In this document: piece after piece, positions 1-11,900 of the stretch
Numbering within the stretch: the stretch's first letter is position 1
Layout: each line of letters opens with the position of its first letter
NCBI GenBank assembly: GCA_001687465.1
Contig: LVLI01000282.1
Location: forward strand, 1-64,000
Origin: Halocafeteria seosinensis
Taxonomy: Eukaryota
DNA length: 64,000 bases
Direction: 5' to 3'
Notes under the pieces: generated by a model
Databases searched by the model: none
What the model was told of the DNA's origin: nothing
The model's input: only the letters and a program-made list of their open reading frames with translations
Position numbers and translations under genes: made by a program

Positions 1-77
1 GGGTATTGGTCGAGGGCTTGCCGCCATTCGTCCACGTTGTCGCTCTTCCATAAAGCCTGTGCAGCTTCAATATCCAT
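1..77 (-). CDS. 5' end of a gene running off the left edge; possibly Amun/HhH-GPD-like DNA-binding protein
   Basis: Minus-strand ATG at 77 opens MDIEAAQALWKSDNVDEWRQALDQYP. The 'LW..D.v..W..AL..Y' pattern recalls the N-terminus of Amun-like proteins. Only 25 codons are visible. Confidence 0.4.
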   Translation of the reverse strand, partial: MDIEAAQALWKSDNVDEWRQALDQY

Positions 78-627
78 AGTCGCTAATACTCCCAGACTCT
101 ATCGCGATAGCAAAGTAGAAATCACAGCGATGTACACAGAGATGTCGATAACGCAACTTCCGGACGCAGTACTGCCTATACAGTAACCAATACATACTCA
201 TGTGGGTGTTCAAAGTTTCTTCATACTACCGTCAAGGATTTGTGAACATGGACTTGGTTGGCAACAAATTACCAACAATATGCGGCAACTCGGCGCCACA
301 CAAACTTGACTGATTGTCATGCAACATTTGTTTGACGTTTATTCTAATGGAACCCTGGATCCACTGCATCCGACATGATGTCGGCGACATCGAATTCCGA
401 ATCCAAGAATCACCGTATGACTCAAGGAACCAGCAGTCACTCGGTATCTTGCGTCATTGTTGGTATTCTTACTACTAATACTACTACTAATGAACTTGTT
501 CTATAATACACTCCATTCCGATTCTCTGAACAAATCTGATTTATCCGAACTCGTCGCTCCTTAACCGCAGAGAGACACGAGATTGAAGGGACGCACCTGG
601 CATGATGCCAATCCCTCATTCATATGC

Positions 628-2679
628 TTATTGGCATAACGAACAAGAGCATTGAATCCCGTACGCGAAATTTAGTTTGATTCGCCGAGCACGCTTGTCG
701 TGGTCGTCTGCGTCTCCCCTGTACGATATTCGTAAAGACTCACCCTCTGGCACCGCTCGGTCGGCTCCGAAACACAGGCGTGAGCTTGGTACCGCTTCTT
801 TAGCATCGCGATCTGTAACCGAAGGAGTGCATGCATGATTGAAAAACGTGGCTCCCCTCAACAGCGTCACAGTATTGAACATGCATCCTGCAGGCGTACG
901 GGATGGGACGAAGCGTCCTAAGGACACACCCATTGCGTTTTGCATCACTAACGCAAAGAGCTGAGTGTACATACGGATCCCAAATAGAGGATGGGTTATG
1001 AACGCATTCGCTAAACTAACTGTCTGGACCTCTGTAAAGGAATCGTCGTAGGAGGAGGGGCGGTCGAAGGAGCTTGAACTCGCGACACTGAGTACCTCTT
1101 TCAGGTTGTGGAACTGGGAGAAGATGATATCAGTCCACATGTGAGAGGAAGCTTGACCGATACTCCAGTTTGTAGAATAAGCAGACAGGATAGGCACATC
1201 GTTCAGCCAGTTACGTGACAGTGCTCCAATGGTGTTGACGAAGTCAAGAGGATTACTGGTGCTTGAGGTTGTGTCGCTTTCAAGGGTTCCCTGAATAATT
1301 GAGTCCAAGTTTGTCAGCGCAATAAATCCGAATAACTTGAACACCATGAGGGGAAATCTAGAGATTGTTGAGTTTTCGTGATTTAGCATCGCTTCCGCGA
1401 GGTCGTTATATCGTTGCTGATAGTGGCAGAGTGCCCTATGATAGGTCTGCCAAGCAGTCCGCTGGCAGCTTTCGCTGCAATAGCGTGCCAGTTTGCAATC
1501 CTGGCAAGTCTCTATATTCGGCGACGTGGATAAAGGTCTCATGCAAAACTCACAAACGTCTTTCCAAAACACCGAGACGGAAAACCATGGAAGTTCTTCG
1601 TGGACAATTGTACCAGCGTTAATTTCATTTACAGCGACGGCCCCTATCCCGGCATCATCGTCTTCGGTGACCAGTTTGATTTTGCTATAGTCGAATTCGA
1701 AATAGGACGGACAACTGTGGGCTTGAACTAATCGCTGCTGGTCACTCAGCGGCGTTTCAACAGGCTCTTTCGGGTGGTTTTGTTCACAATCGCTAATAAG
1801 AGCTTCCTCCGTAGGGTTGCGGATATCAGAAGAAGGCTCTCGGTTTTCCAGAGTAATGCAACGGGATATGATGTTGATGATATCAAGGATATGCTGTGGT
1901 GATATATCTCCGGTCCAGTCATTTTTCAAGTGATTGCGGGCTGTATCTAAAACACGAGTGAGGTCAGCGCGCTTCCTCTTGGTAAGGTCACTAATACGGC
2001 CCCCACCAATTTGCAGAAGTGCTTGGTATACGTGTATCAGAGCTATAAGAGTCTCGCGATGACGACAGCGCGCCATTTCAAGCCCTAGAGCGTTTGACAT
2101 GTAGCGTGGTAAGCAAGCGGTCACACCGATGGCCACGCAGATCTTCCCATAGAGAATACGATCACTGGTACTGAGGGTAGATAAAGCGCAAGCAATTTTG
2201 GCAGATTCCCACGCCTCGTAAAGCGCTTGTAAACTCTCCCGTGATGCTACATCCTTTGGTTTACCTGTGTCCTGGTCCACAAACGTTTCATAGGCGAGCA
2301 AGGCTTTGTTCCTGAAGGACTCGCAATCGTCGCCCTCAGCAAGATGGATAGCCGTGTTATAACACGCCCACGCCTCATGGAAGTTTCCCATTCTATGTTG
2401 TTCGTTTGCTATGTGCCGTATTTCATCGGGAGATCGACGGAGCAGTGCCTGGCGAATTTTCTCTTTGTGAAGCCGCTCAGAGTTGGATTCCTCTGCCATT
2501 TTCCGATCTTTCTTTCCTTTTTGAGACAATCCACTGAGTGCAATGGATGGAGGATGTCGAATATTTCCTGCAACTATCGTATAATGTGTTAGGTGCATGT
2601 AATCAGCTTGGATAACGGCAAAAGGAATTCTCCGGCGGAGCTTTGTTGAGGAATCTTGTTTCGATTCCTCTAGGCCCAT
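628..2679 (-). CDS. TPR-MYND-SET (SMYD-type) protein lysine methyltransferase
   Basis: Uninterrupted ORF. TPR-like N-terminus (ANEQHRMGNFHEAWACYNTAI), SET-N (GIGAVAVNEINAGTIVHEE), MYND finger (CEFC...CQDC..ARYCSESCQ..AW..YH..LC), SET-C (FFNHAC...GESLRISY) and post-SET CSCSLC. The true start may be the ATG at 2499. Confidence 0.9.
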   Translation of the reverse strand: MGLEESKQDSSTKLRRRIPFAVIQADYMHLTHYTIVAGNIRHPPSIALSGLSQKGKKDRKMAEESNSERLHKEKIRQALLRRSPDEIRHIANEQHRMGNFHEAWACYNTAIHLAEGDDCESFRNKALLAYETFVDQDTGKPKDVASRESLQALYEAWESAKIACALSTLSTSDRILYGKICVAIGVTACLPRYMSNALGLEMARCRHRETLIALIHVYQALLQIGGGRISDLTKRKRADLTRVLDTARNHLKNDWTGDISPQHILDIINIISRCITLENREPSSDIRNPTEEALISDCEQNHPKEPVETPLSDQQRLVQAHSCPSYFEFDYSKIKLVTEDDDAGIGAVAVNEINAGTIVHEELPWFSVSVFWKDVCEFCMRPLSTSPNIETCQDCKLARYCSESCQRTAWQTYHRALCHYQQRYNDLAEAMLNHENSTISRFPLMVFKLFGFIALTNLDSIIQGTLESDTTSSTSNPLDFVNTIGALSRNWLNDVPILSAYSTNWSIGQASSHMWTDIIFSQFHNLKEVLSVASSSSFDRPSSYDDSFTEVQTVSLANAFITHPLFGIRMYTQLFALVMQNAMGVSLGRFVPSRTPAGCMFNTVTLLRGATFFNHACTPSVTDRDAKEAVPSSRLCFGADRAVPEGESLRISYRGDADDHDKRARRIKLNFAYGIQCSCSLCQ

Positions 2680-2956
2680 ATATTGTGCATACCTCGACTT
2701 TGATGAAATCTGACCCGTGAATATTAAGGTATTGTAAAATCACAAAATGCACTTGTCGGTGGTATGCATGTGGAACTGGAATATCTCGGAAACAAATGAA
2801 AGGAATCCGGCCTGGGAGCGAGCGTGTACTGTTGTGTGGAATTGCAAGTTATTCAGAGGGAAGCAAAGCCTGTCTGAATATTCTCTTTGAAAATCAACTA
2901 TTATACATGTAGGCCAATGGCTATGCTTTTTGACAAACCTGCCTTGACGCACATTG

Positions 2957-3012
2957 TAGCCTAGTCTCTAGGCTAGTTGGGATCGGTCCCCAATCCCCTG
3001 TTGGGGATGGGG
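2957..3012. repeat. Two adjacent inverted repeats, possible hAT terminal/subterminal remnant
   Basis: TAGCCTAG-tct-CTAGGCTA (2957-2975, perfect 8-bp arms) and CCCCAATCCCC-tgtt-GGGGATGGGG (2988-3012), ~90 bp upstream of the hAT fragment. Confidence 0.45.
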
Positions 3013-3100
3013 ATGCATACGCGCTGGCATAGTGTCTACTAAATGCTCAGCAGATTCCGGTTAAAAACAGCGCATACATTGTTCCCAACAGATCTCTACT

Positions 3101-3440
3101 CGTTTAGAGCCCTTTATCACCAAGGAGTTTGAAACGTTTGAGGATCGAGCTACTGAGGCCTCCGATGAGGAAGCCCCTCCACTATGTCTTCATCCACGCA
3201 ACACTGAAGAACCATTAGAACAACAGAGTGGGTTCTCTTTGCTGAAATTTTGGAAGAAGCACGGCTATAGTAGTTTTCCAGTTCTAAGCCCTGTGGTGAG
3301 TGTTTGCTGGCTATACCAGCGTCTACAGCCACTGCCGAAAGCTCCTTCAGTATTGCTGGCATTAATCATGGGAAGCGAAGGAGTCGTCTGAGAAGTGAAC
3401 GGCTTGAAAATATAATGGTCGTCAGATATAACCGCATTGG
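3101..3440 (+). pseudogene. hAT transposase C-terminal dimerisation domain remnant
   Basis: Frame 1 reads ...FSLLKFWKKHGYSSFPVLSPVV. After a frameshift at ~3300 it continues LLAIPASTATAESSFSIAGINHGKRRSRLRSERLENIMVVRYN, the classic hATC signature (W...FP.L...LAIPAS...ERxFS...RSRL...E) with ER changed to ES. No catalytic core is visible upstream. Confidence 0.85.
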
Positions 3441-3841
3441 CACGTTGCTGGACGGAATAGAAGAAGAGCAGTACATCACTCCTGCAAATCTGCAAGGCTT
3501 GTCAGGGGCCTTTTCCCCAATTGAAATATACTTAGGCATCTGTATGCGCCCACCACTAAGACGCTCTGAAAGGATACGTGTGAAGGACCTCATACTCACA
3601 AAGAGTTCGAGTAATACAGTGGAGATAGTTAGTCCTTCATATTCGGAATGCGAACACAGTTTGAGGTGAACCGCAGGTTGGAGTGTGGGTGTTTCGGGTC
3701 GCGGGACATGAAGAGAATGAGGAGAATGAAGCACTACTGGTATTCGAGATAATAGCGGAAGATATACAGACCCTGACTTCACTACGGGTATTGGTCACTA
3801 GTGAGCGCAAAATGTGAAGTTTATTACCTGTGGAGAATAAT

Positions 3842-4318
3842 TTAGTGGTCGTCACGGATACGTTCAAGGGCTAGTTGTGTGGTTTCCATGGTTTGGAGCG
3901 ACTCCAGCCATGCATGTGCCGCGCTTTCGTTAGGGACAACTTCAGCGAGCACAGTGACCAGTGACGTATTCTCAAGGTTGACAGGGGAACTGGAGGCATT
4001 AGAGTACCGAAGTTCCGGAGAGGCTTCTCCAAAGATGCATGCTAGTTGTCGACTTACTCGCCGGAGTATCTGTTCAACACACGATAAAAAAACATTCTGC
4101 TAAAGTTTGATCGTTCGGGGGGTACGAAGCCCCATACATCATACCTCATCTTGTTCGTTTTGTCGAGTTTGCAACCCCCTGATTTCCGTTTGCATCTCCC
4201 CTTCTCGTTGCCCGGCTTGAGCTTGCATTTCTAGCATTTCTTCGCTCAGTTGTTCACTGGTTTTCTGTAATACTTCTCTCTTCTTTCTCACGACTGATCT
4301 GCTCGCGATTTTAGGCAT
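3842..4318 (-). CDS. Small coiled-coil protein of unknown function (two exons; may be decaying)
   Basis: Exon 4318-4145 (MPKIAS...EQLSEEMLEMQAQ...RQNEQDE), phase-0 GTATGA...TAGCAG intron 4144-4097 (48 nt), then exon 4096-3842 (NVFLSCVEQILRRVSRQLAC...LERIRDDH*), giving 142 aa. The 5' end is uncertain. Confidence 0.4.
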
Positions 4319-4355
4319 CCAAGGAAACAAGATGCGCTTACCAGAGCTCCCCAAA

Positions 4356-4623
4356 AGTCAACTTTTTTCCTCATCCCTATCTCTCTTGAGAGTATTGACT
4401 CTGCACCCCATAACCGGTGCCATAGGTATTACACTTGTATTTGACAGATAGTCTACCGGCTGGGGGGTTGACCGCACTCGAATCCGAAACAGTGTGGCAA
4501 CTCTTGACTCCCGTGGGTCCTACGGCTCGCGAAGCTCAATACTCGTACAATAGTTAAGTTGACCGGCATCATTCGTGGAACCTTGACTGTCATTTGGTTA
4601 TGACTCCTGCCGCTGAGTGACTT
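4356..4623. promoter_or_regulatory. Cluster of TTGAC(Y) motifs between divergent genes
   Basis: TTGAC on + at 4395, 4441, 4468, 4504, 4559 and 4583, one on - at 4356-4361, and NTGACT at 4600 and 4618. Also a 9-bp inverted repeat GAGTATTGA/TCAATACTC (~4390/~4536). Confidence 0.3.
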
Positions 4624-4817
4624 CCAATTGGGACTCTACAACGGAGTTAAGATGCGCTTCAAGGGCTGTTCCGAGTTGAAGCTGGCCCACACTCTACAGT
4701 AATACAATTGTACAACCATACAGTATGATACAGATACAAGTTGCGGTGGTTTGTTTCCTCTTCCGCGCGTCTCTCTTCCCTTACAGTAAAACCTATTGAG
4801 ATCCTTGTGCAAGCAAA

Positions 4818-7800
4818 ATGAGCGAAGAGGAGTCGAAATTGCACCAAAACCCCATCAACCCATCCCCCGAGAAGCAACCGCAGGAGCCTGAGTTGGATCG
4901 TGGGTATTGGGTGCTTCAGGTACCTCGGGATAAACAGGAATGGTGCCAGAACAAACTCTTGGGACGGCTTCGAGGAGCTGGTAGGTGGAAGAATGTGTCA
5001 TGCGATCTGCCGAGCTCGGCGAAGAACCCTTTCTCCATCGTGGAGCTTCGCAGGGCTTCACTACAAGGCGTTTTGGTCGTCCCACAAGACGTCCATAATC
5101 ATTTTCGTGTTTGCCACGTAAGTGCCTGGTCTTGTACATGGACTATCTTCCACCACTGAGTGGTTTGAATTGTGTGCAGTTTGGAGCGCCTGGAGTATGA
5201 AGCGGCTTCCAGTGAAAACAATCTGTGGTTCCCGTTGGACCGGGACAAGCTGCGGGAAGCAGATATTGCCATGAACAAGAATCTCCAAGACCACGGTATG
5301 ATTTATGAAAGGAAATGCTTGCGTATTTCGAGGTGGTAGCTATCCACTGAATGCTACACGCAGGACTTGAGTTCAACCCGGAAGAAGATGGTACACCATT
5401 GCCGGATGACGAGTTAGCAATTCCTGATATGCCGACTTACCTTCCTGGGCAAGACCAGTAAGCAAACATGTCTGTGCAGGCCAAGATTGGTATGTGGAGG
5501 GAAAACCTGCTGCCTGGTGATTTGAGGTGCTTGCAGTTTTCCCCCGTACATGTACATCTACGGACCCTATCTCACTTGGGCCGCCAAAGAAGGCTACTAT
5601 TACAAACATCGCCATGGAAATTTTGCTTCAGCTTTTGACAACCTTCGAACTTTAGTACTTATCAAACAGATAATGCAGGCTCCAAGACATGTACGTTCAT
5701 TTATGTGGAAGTCTCGTGTCACCCTTTGACTACCCATTGACTAGGTATTGTTGTCGGAGTCTCACAGGATTACGGTGCTGGGCTCGACCTACACAAGCTG
5801 GTAGGGAGAGGGAAACTTGAGAACTTCGTTCCTGGTAACGATGAATCCCGACGAGCGTACTTGAAGGAAGAATGGCTCCGCTTGTGTAAACTTCCATGGG
5901 ATGTACCTCTGCCGGCGATCCAAAATTATTATGGTTCAAGGATTGCAATGGTATGTCTACTCTTCTTGCTTTTCAAACTACGATTTTCCATTCCTGCTAC
6001 TGCACGGGCGATCTTCTTTCAACTCCAGTATTTTGCGTTCTTCCAATCCTATACCGTGTGGTTGCTGTTCTCGGGTATCCTTGGCCTAATTTTCTTTGCT
6101 GCTGAGACTCATTATGATGGCACATCGACCCAGAGTGAACTAGTTTTCTTCTACGCGGTCATAATCTCAATCTGGTCGACGTCGTTCAGGTACGTGTCGC
6201 TTTCCGATGCCACGGTGCTGTTAATTGTACATTCTGCCGCCATCCCACAGCGAGAAATGGAAGCGAAATGAGTGTGTTCATAGCAAGAAATGGGGACAAG
6301 ATAGTCAAGAAGAACGAGCGCCTACGCGTCCGGCGTATATTCGCTCCTCGGAGGTCTATTTGAAAAGAAGCTTCAGTACAGGAAAACCCGAGTACTGGTA
6401 TGTTCGTCTTTGCTCTTGAGACTCTTGGCGGTGTGCGAATACTTGCTCTTCCCGGTTGTCGCAGGCGGTCTCCTGTCAGAAGTACGCTGAAACATGTGAT
6501 CAGCGACACTACCATTGCAACGGTAATTGGTATCGTCATTGTGCTAGTTGTCATGATCTTTTGGCTGCGAATCGTATTGCAAAATGTACGTCATCGTAGC
6601 TGAGATGCGCTTCGCTGCCCTATCAATAATGTCTATCTCGCAGGTGGATAATTTGTCCACCGAGTGGGCGTCGCACATCAGTAGGTAAGAAGATCGGTAG
6701 AAGTTGTGTAGCCTGTCAGTCATATTCGACATGTTGCCTCTGTCTCCTTCGCAGTATTGTCACAGCGGTTCAAATCCAGGTGATGAGCTTCCTCTATCAC
6801 AAGTTAGCTCATCTCCTTGTTAACTGGGAGAACCATCCTAACGAAACGGAGCATGAGAATTCGCTGGCTTTGAAGCTATCGTGTTTCCAGTTCATTAACG
6901 CGTACTTTTCTTTGTTTGTGAGTCTTCCGCCTTACTTTTAGGGTATTGCCTATTGCTCTTACTTCAGTTCAAGCGGAATGCAGTACATTGCGTACATCAA
7001 AGGCAGTACGTCGTTTTTTGGGGAGAACCAAGCATGCATGAAAAACAACCGGGGCAACGAAGATTGCTTGTTTGAGTTGGAATTTCAGTTGATTATCATT
7101 TTTGCAACGCGTGTCGGTAAGTTGTCACATGCCCGAAACCCTATTTGGGAAGTTCTCATTGTATATGACGCCACAGGAATGACGTTTCTGAATCACCTTA
7201 TCCTTCCTGCTATCATGCCCAAAATAGCTGAGGCACTTCCGACAATAAAAGCTCGGCTTATGTGTAAAGAGCCAGTCAAAGATGACAAGGCTGGTAAGGG
7301 CTACTTGGACGACTCTTCGACCTTTTGCAACGTTCTTTTTATTGCCTTCTCTGGAATGGCAAAATGCAGTTGACGGCTCTGCACTGGGTGAGGAGTCCAT
7401 TGCAGAAAAGGAACTGGAAAAGCCGCCATATGATCCGTTTAATGACTACCTGTAAGTTAAAACAGTATATGATGAATTTCGTTTTGGAAAGGCTATAAGA
7501 AGATAGTTATGGTGCATTTACAGGGATTTGATGATTCAGTATGGTTTCGTTACACTTTTTGTGCCTGCATTTCCTTTGGCTCCATTCCTGGCAACCATTG
7601 TTAACATACTAGAAATACGATTGGGTATGAATCAAAGATTTGCAGTTTCCAAATCACTTACGTTCAATTATGGTTGCGCTTACGTCAGTGCAGATTCCTA
7701 CAAGCTTCTGAAACTCACGTCGAGACCTGCTCCCCGACAAGCTTCAGGAATCGGCAGCTGGTACGTGACATATGCCGATGTATTGGATTCCTCTTGTTGA

Positions 7801-8309
7801 GCCATTCCATTTGGATGTACGCTTTTGCGCTACTTTCAGGAGAATCGTGTTGAGATTTCTCACTATTATCTCCGTCGTGACCAACATCACACTCATTGTG
7901 TTTACGGATGATCAACCATGGTTTGGTGTTTCGGTATGTTGGCCTTCGCTCTGTCTCCTTCGTGACGCGAATGTTAGATGCAGCTCAACTGCAGGACCAA
8001 TACTTGCAATTTGGGATTGCTGTAGTCGCTGAGCATGTGATTCTGGGCTTAAAGTTTTTAGTCGAAGAACTCATTCCAGATGTACCTCATAACGTCACGA
8101 TTCAACGTCGACGTCAGGAGTATCTCGTTGACAAGCACTTGCTAGACTCAAAAGAAGCAGACGAAGTAGCCGCGCTCAATGGGCATCTGAAGAATGATGA
8201 TGTAGACCCTGAGGATGCAGAGATTGCCATTACTGAAGCGGAAATCGGAGAGACAATTTCTGAGGCTGTATCCTCACTACAGAAGGAAAAGCAAGGGGAC
8301 GACGCTTAA
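4818..8309 (+). CDS. Anoctamin/TMEM16-family channel/scramblase, tandem copy 1 (18 exons)
   Basis: Spliced translation has the anoctamin motifs PLPAIQNYYGSRIAMYFAF, FSEKWKR, VNWENHP...HENSL..K...FQFINAYFSLFYIAYIKG, CLFELEFQL, DYLDLMIQYGFVTLF..AFPLAP...NILEIRLDSYKL..RP.P...GIGSW and EHV...IPDVP. I traced 17 GT-AG introns in frame. Confidence 0.95.
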
Positions 8310-8944
8310 GGCTTTCCATGGAAGTGGCAGTTGCTGTATGATTTATCCATGTGTATCGGCTGAACAAATTTGACAGGTTCTTGGGATAAACTATTATACG
8401 TGTTTCCACCAACCCGGCTACCATTCATCAACCGTTTCCTCTCTTAGCTTGCATGGACAAGTTTCGAGTTTTGCCGTACTTCCATAAACATGTACTGTTG
8501 TCGGTATTGGCACCCCCAGCATCCCCGAGTATCGAATATGTAACGAACGTCATCATGGCACCAATTTCCGTCCAAGGAACACATAGAAATTGCGAGCTTT
8601 GGCTTCGTACACCAGACTGCATTTCTCCATGGTGCAGTCACGCTTGCGAAGTCTCGGGGTTCGAAATTCCCGTCTTCGACATCCGCGGGATCGGGCGATA
8701 CGATCCATTCGTCGAAATGTACTCAATACCAATGTTCCCTGAAAAACGAAAAGAGCATTCCGAAACAAAATCTCCCCTCTCCGCCTGATGGAGAGATGAT
8801 CAAGCCTTTGTCCAGCAGGCAACAGCTTCTCGCAGGAGCGGTCGCGAACATGCGACCCTCACGGTAAGAAGGGTTCTACGTTCTATATGTGGCAGATTCC
8901 TGCGGAGAACCCGTGTTGACAAAGATCCATTAAACACTGGAAAA

Positions 8945-11900
8945 ATGAGCACGTCTTGCAAAACCAAGGAGGAGCCCTCTCGGGATCTGAATGACAGGCA
9001 GGAGCTCGAGGATTTTCGTCGAGGACACTGGATTCTACAAGTTCCCGGCGACCAATTAGAATGGTGTCATGATACTTTGCTCCAGAGTCTCGAACATGCA
9101 GGTTCGCACAAATTGCAGTGTCTATGTCTGGTGGGAAGTGTGCTGACCGACTGAGAGACGCTTGCTTGCAGGTTTGAGGTACATCATTTTTCGCGGTTCC
9201 AAGACCAATGACATCATAGTTTTGGTGTTTGCGACGTGCGTATATCTTAGTTTCGCGGGACATTAGTGGAGTCATAAAAGTGCATGAACTGCAGCCTGGA
9301 GCGACTGGAACGGGAGGCGGCCAGTCCGAGAAACCAGGTACCGTTCGCACTGGATCGTGACCGACTTCGCCAAGCCGATATTGACTTGAATGCCCAACTT
9401 CAGAAAGATGGTTCGTCTAAATGATTCTTGACGCGAAATGGATTAAGCCAACCGTCTTTCCGCATTCGCATTGCGTGGCCAAACAGGTATGCAATTCCAT
9501 CCAACGGACAAAGAAACCGAATTCGAAGGGAATGACTTGGCAATTCCTAGAATGAAGAGCATCCTGCCTGGTCAAGAATCGTAAGAATGGGACTTTACAT
9601 GTACCATATATATGGTATCACAATTCCACTATTGATTGAGTCTCCGTGGCAGGTTCGATCCGTACATGTACATCTTCGCGCCCTACATTCAAGAAAAGAG
9701 GGATCTCTACTATAACCATCGACATGGCCATGCAAATTCTCCATTTGATAACCTTAGGACTCTTATCCTTATTCGGCAAATCCTGAGGACCCAAAAAAGC
9801 GTATGATGATTAGTTTGTCTACTAAAATTGTTCAAAACACCGGTCTTCTGAATTTGCTTGATGTGTTTCCAGGCGGGTGGAGCAGGATTAGATACGGAGC
9901 GCCTAATTGGTCATGACAAACTGAAGAAAATCATTCCAGGAAAAGACAGAGCTCGACATCGGTATCTAAAATCTGAATGGCTCAATTTTTGTCAGATTCC
10001 ATGGAGCATTCCACTCGAGGCAATACAAAACTATTTTGGAGCCAGAATTGCAATGGTATGAGCACCTGCCGCCCGTCGTAGTTAAGCAGCACTTTATCTA
10101 CTCCCTTTTACAGTACTACGCCTTTTTCAAGTCATATACAATTTGGCTTGTTTTCCTAGCGGTTCTAGGAATCGTCGTCTTCCCGCTAGATGGGATGTAC
10201 TCAGGAACAAGAGCTCAGAGCGAGATCCTATTGTTTTTCTCTTTGGCGGTTTCTCTGTGGTCCGTAGGGTTCTGGTACGTGATCGGAAGCTCACTATTGT
10301 GGATAAGAAGATGTCTAAGGGCTTACATTCTCCACGTTCTGCAGCGAGAAATGGAAACGCAACGAGAACGTGTTCAGCAAGAAATGGGGCACAACGCATC
10401 AGGCACAAGATGAATCCATTCGTCCCGCTTATATCCGGTCGAACGAGGTGAAACTAGAACGCAGTTACACCACAGGTATACCGCAATTCTGGTAGGTTTA
10501 TTCCCGTTTATTAACTGATGCAAAAATGGTTAAATAGCATCCGTATGTGGTATACGTGCCACTACTGGCAGGAGATCTCCGCTTCTTCGACTGGGAAAAT
10601 TAATACTCAGCAACTCCATAATGTCTACTGCCGTTGGGATCCTACTCGTTGCCGTACTATCAATCTTCTACCTTAGGATCGTCCTTCGGAGTGTACGTTA
10701 TCTCTACACGTGGATCAAACATGATGTATACATAACAGCGTATTTCTTGAACGAGAAGCAGGTAGAAGGACTCTCAACTACGTGGGCGTCCCATATTAGC
10801 AGGTAAGAGCGGAGCTGGTACTGTAAACAATCGGCACTGGTTCAGGCTTTTCTGGGGTTGTGTGTTGTTACAGTATTGTTACGGGTGCTCAGATCCAAAT
10901 TTCGAGCTTTCTGTATTACCTACTTGCTCATTGGTTAGTGGGATGGGAGAACCACCCAACGGATACCGCTTACGAAAACTCCTTGAGCACTAAACTTGCG
11001 AGTTTTCAATTTATCAATGCATATTTTTCGCTGTTTGTATGTTATTTTAAGCGTTGGGAAACGATGTGTTTGTGCAACTGACCATTGTTGTTGTCCTTGA
11101 CAAGTTTTTCAGTATATTGCTTTCATTAAGGGAAATACAGCTTTTTTTGGTGAAGATCAGCCATGTCTTCGAAACTCAAAGGGGGAATCAGACTGCCTAT
11201 ACGAATTGCAATTTCAGTTATTGATTGTCTTTGTGATGAGAATGGGTAGGTGAGAACTCTTCTGGTGTAATATGTCAGATTGGTATGGTTCTTTTCAATC
11301 TGTTTGAGTGCAGCAATGACCGTTGTGTCTCAGCTTGTGCTCCCAGCGTTGACACCCGTGATTTCCAAGAAACTTGGTCAAGCTAAATCAGCGCTAATGT
11401 GCTGCTGCAGAGCTCCAGACTCTATACGTAGGTCCATGCTCTAAAGTCGAAATCGGGGCGATCTTTGTGCTGGACTTCCGTAGTGGTACACGGTGGTCTG
11501 CAGATCCGGAGGAAGATGCAGAATCCAATACAGATTTAGATAACGAGGACGATTGGGTTTCTCTAGAACGTGAACTCGAGAAACCCATATATGATCCTTT
11601 CAACGAGTATTTGTAAGGGAAGAGTCTCTCTTTGCAAGTAGTGCAGTAGTGCCACACGGCTTTAGTTGGTGTCGCAGAGATCTTCTCCTACAATACGGAT
11701 ACGTTACTTTGTTCGTGGTTGCGTTCCCGTTGGTCCCAGTGCTTGCCAGCGTGGTTAATTTGGTGGAAATTCGACTTGGTGCGTACTTTACGACACTCCG
11801 TGTAGAATCGTCTTCCCTAGTTGTAAAGGGGCCTGTTTCATGCGACACATAGTTATTTACAGATTCGTATAAGCTACTCCGGCTTTCATCTCGACCGACC

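Noticed and set aside
8310..8944. Short ORFs on both strands between the anoctamins
   Set aside because: No motifs or consistent splice structure; treated as 3' UTR/promoter.
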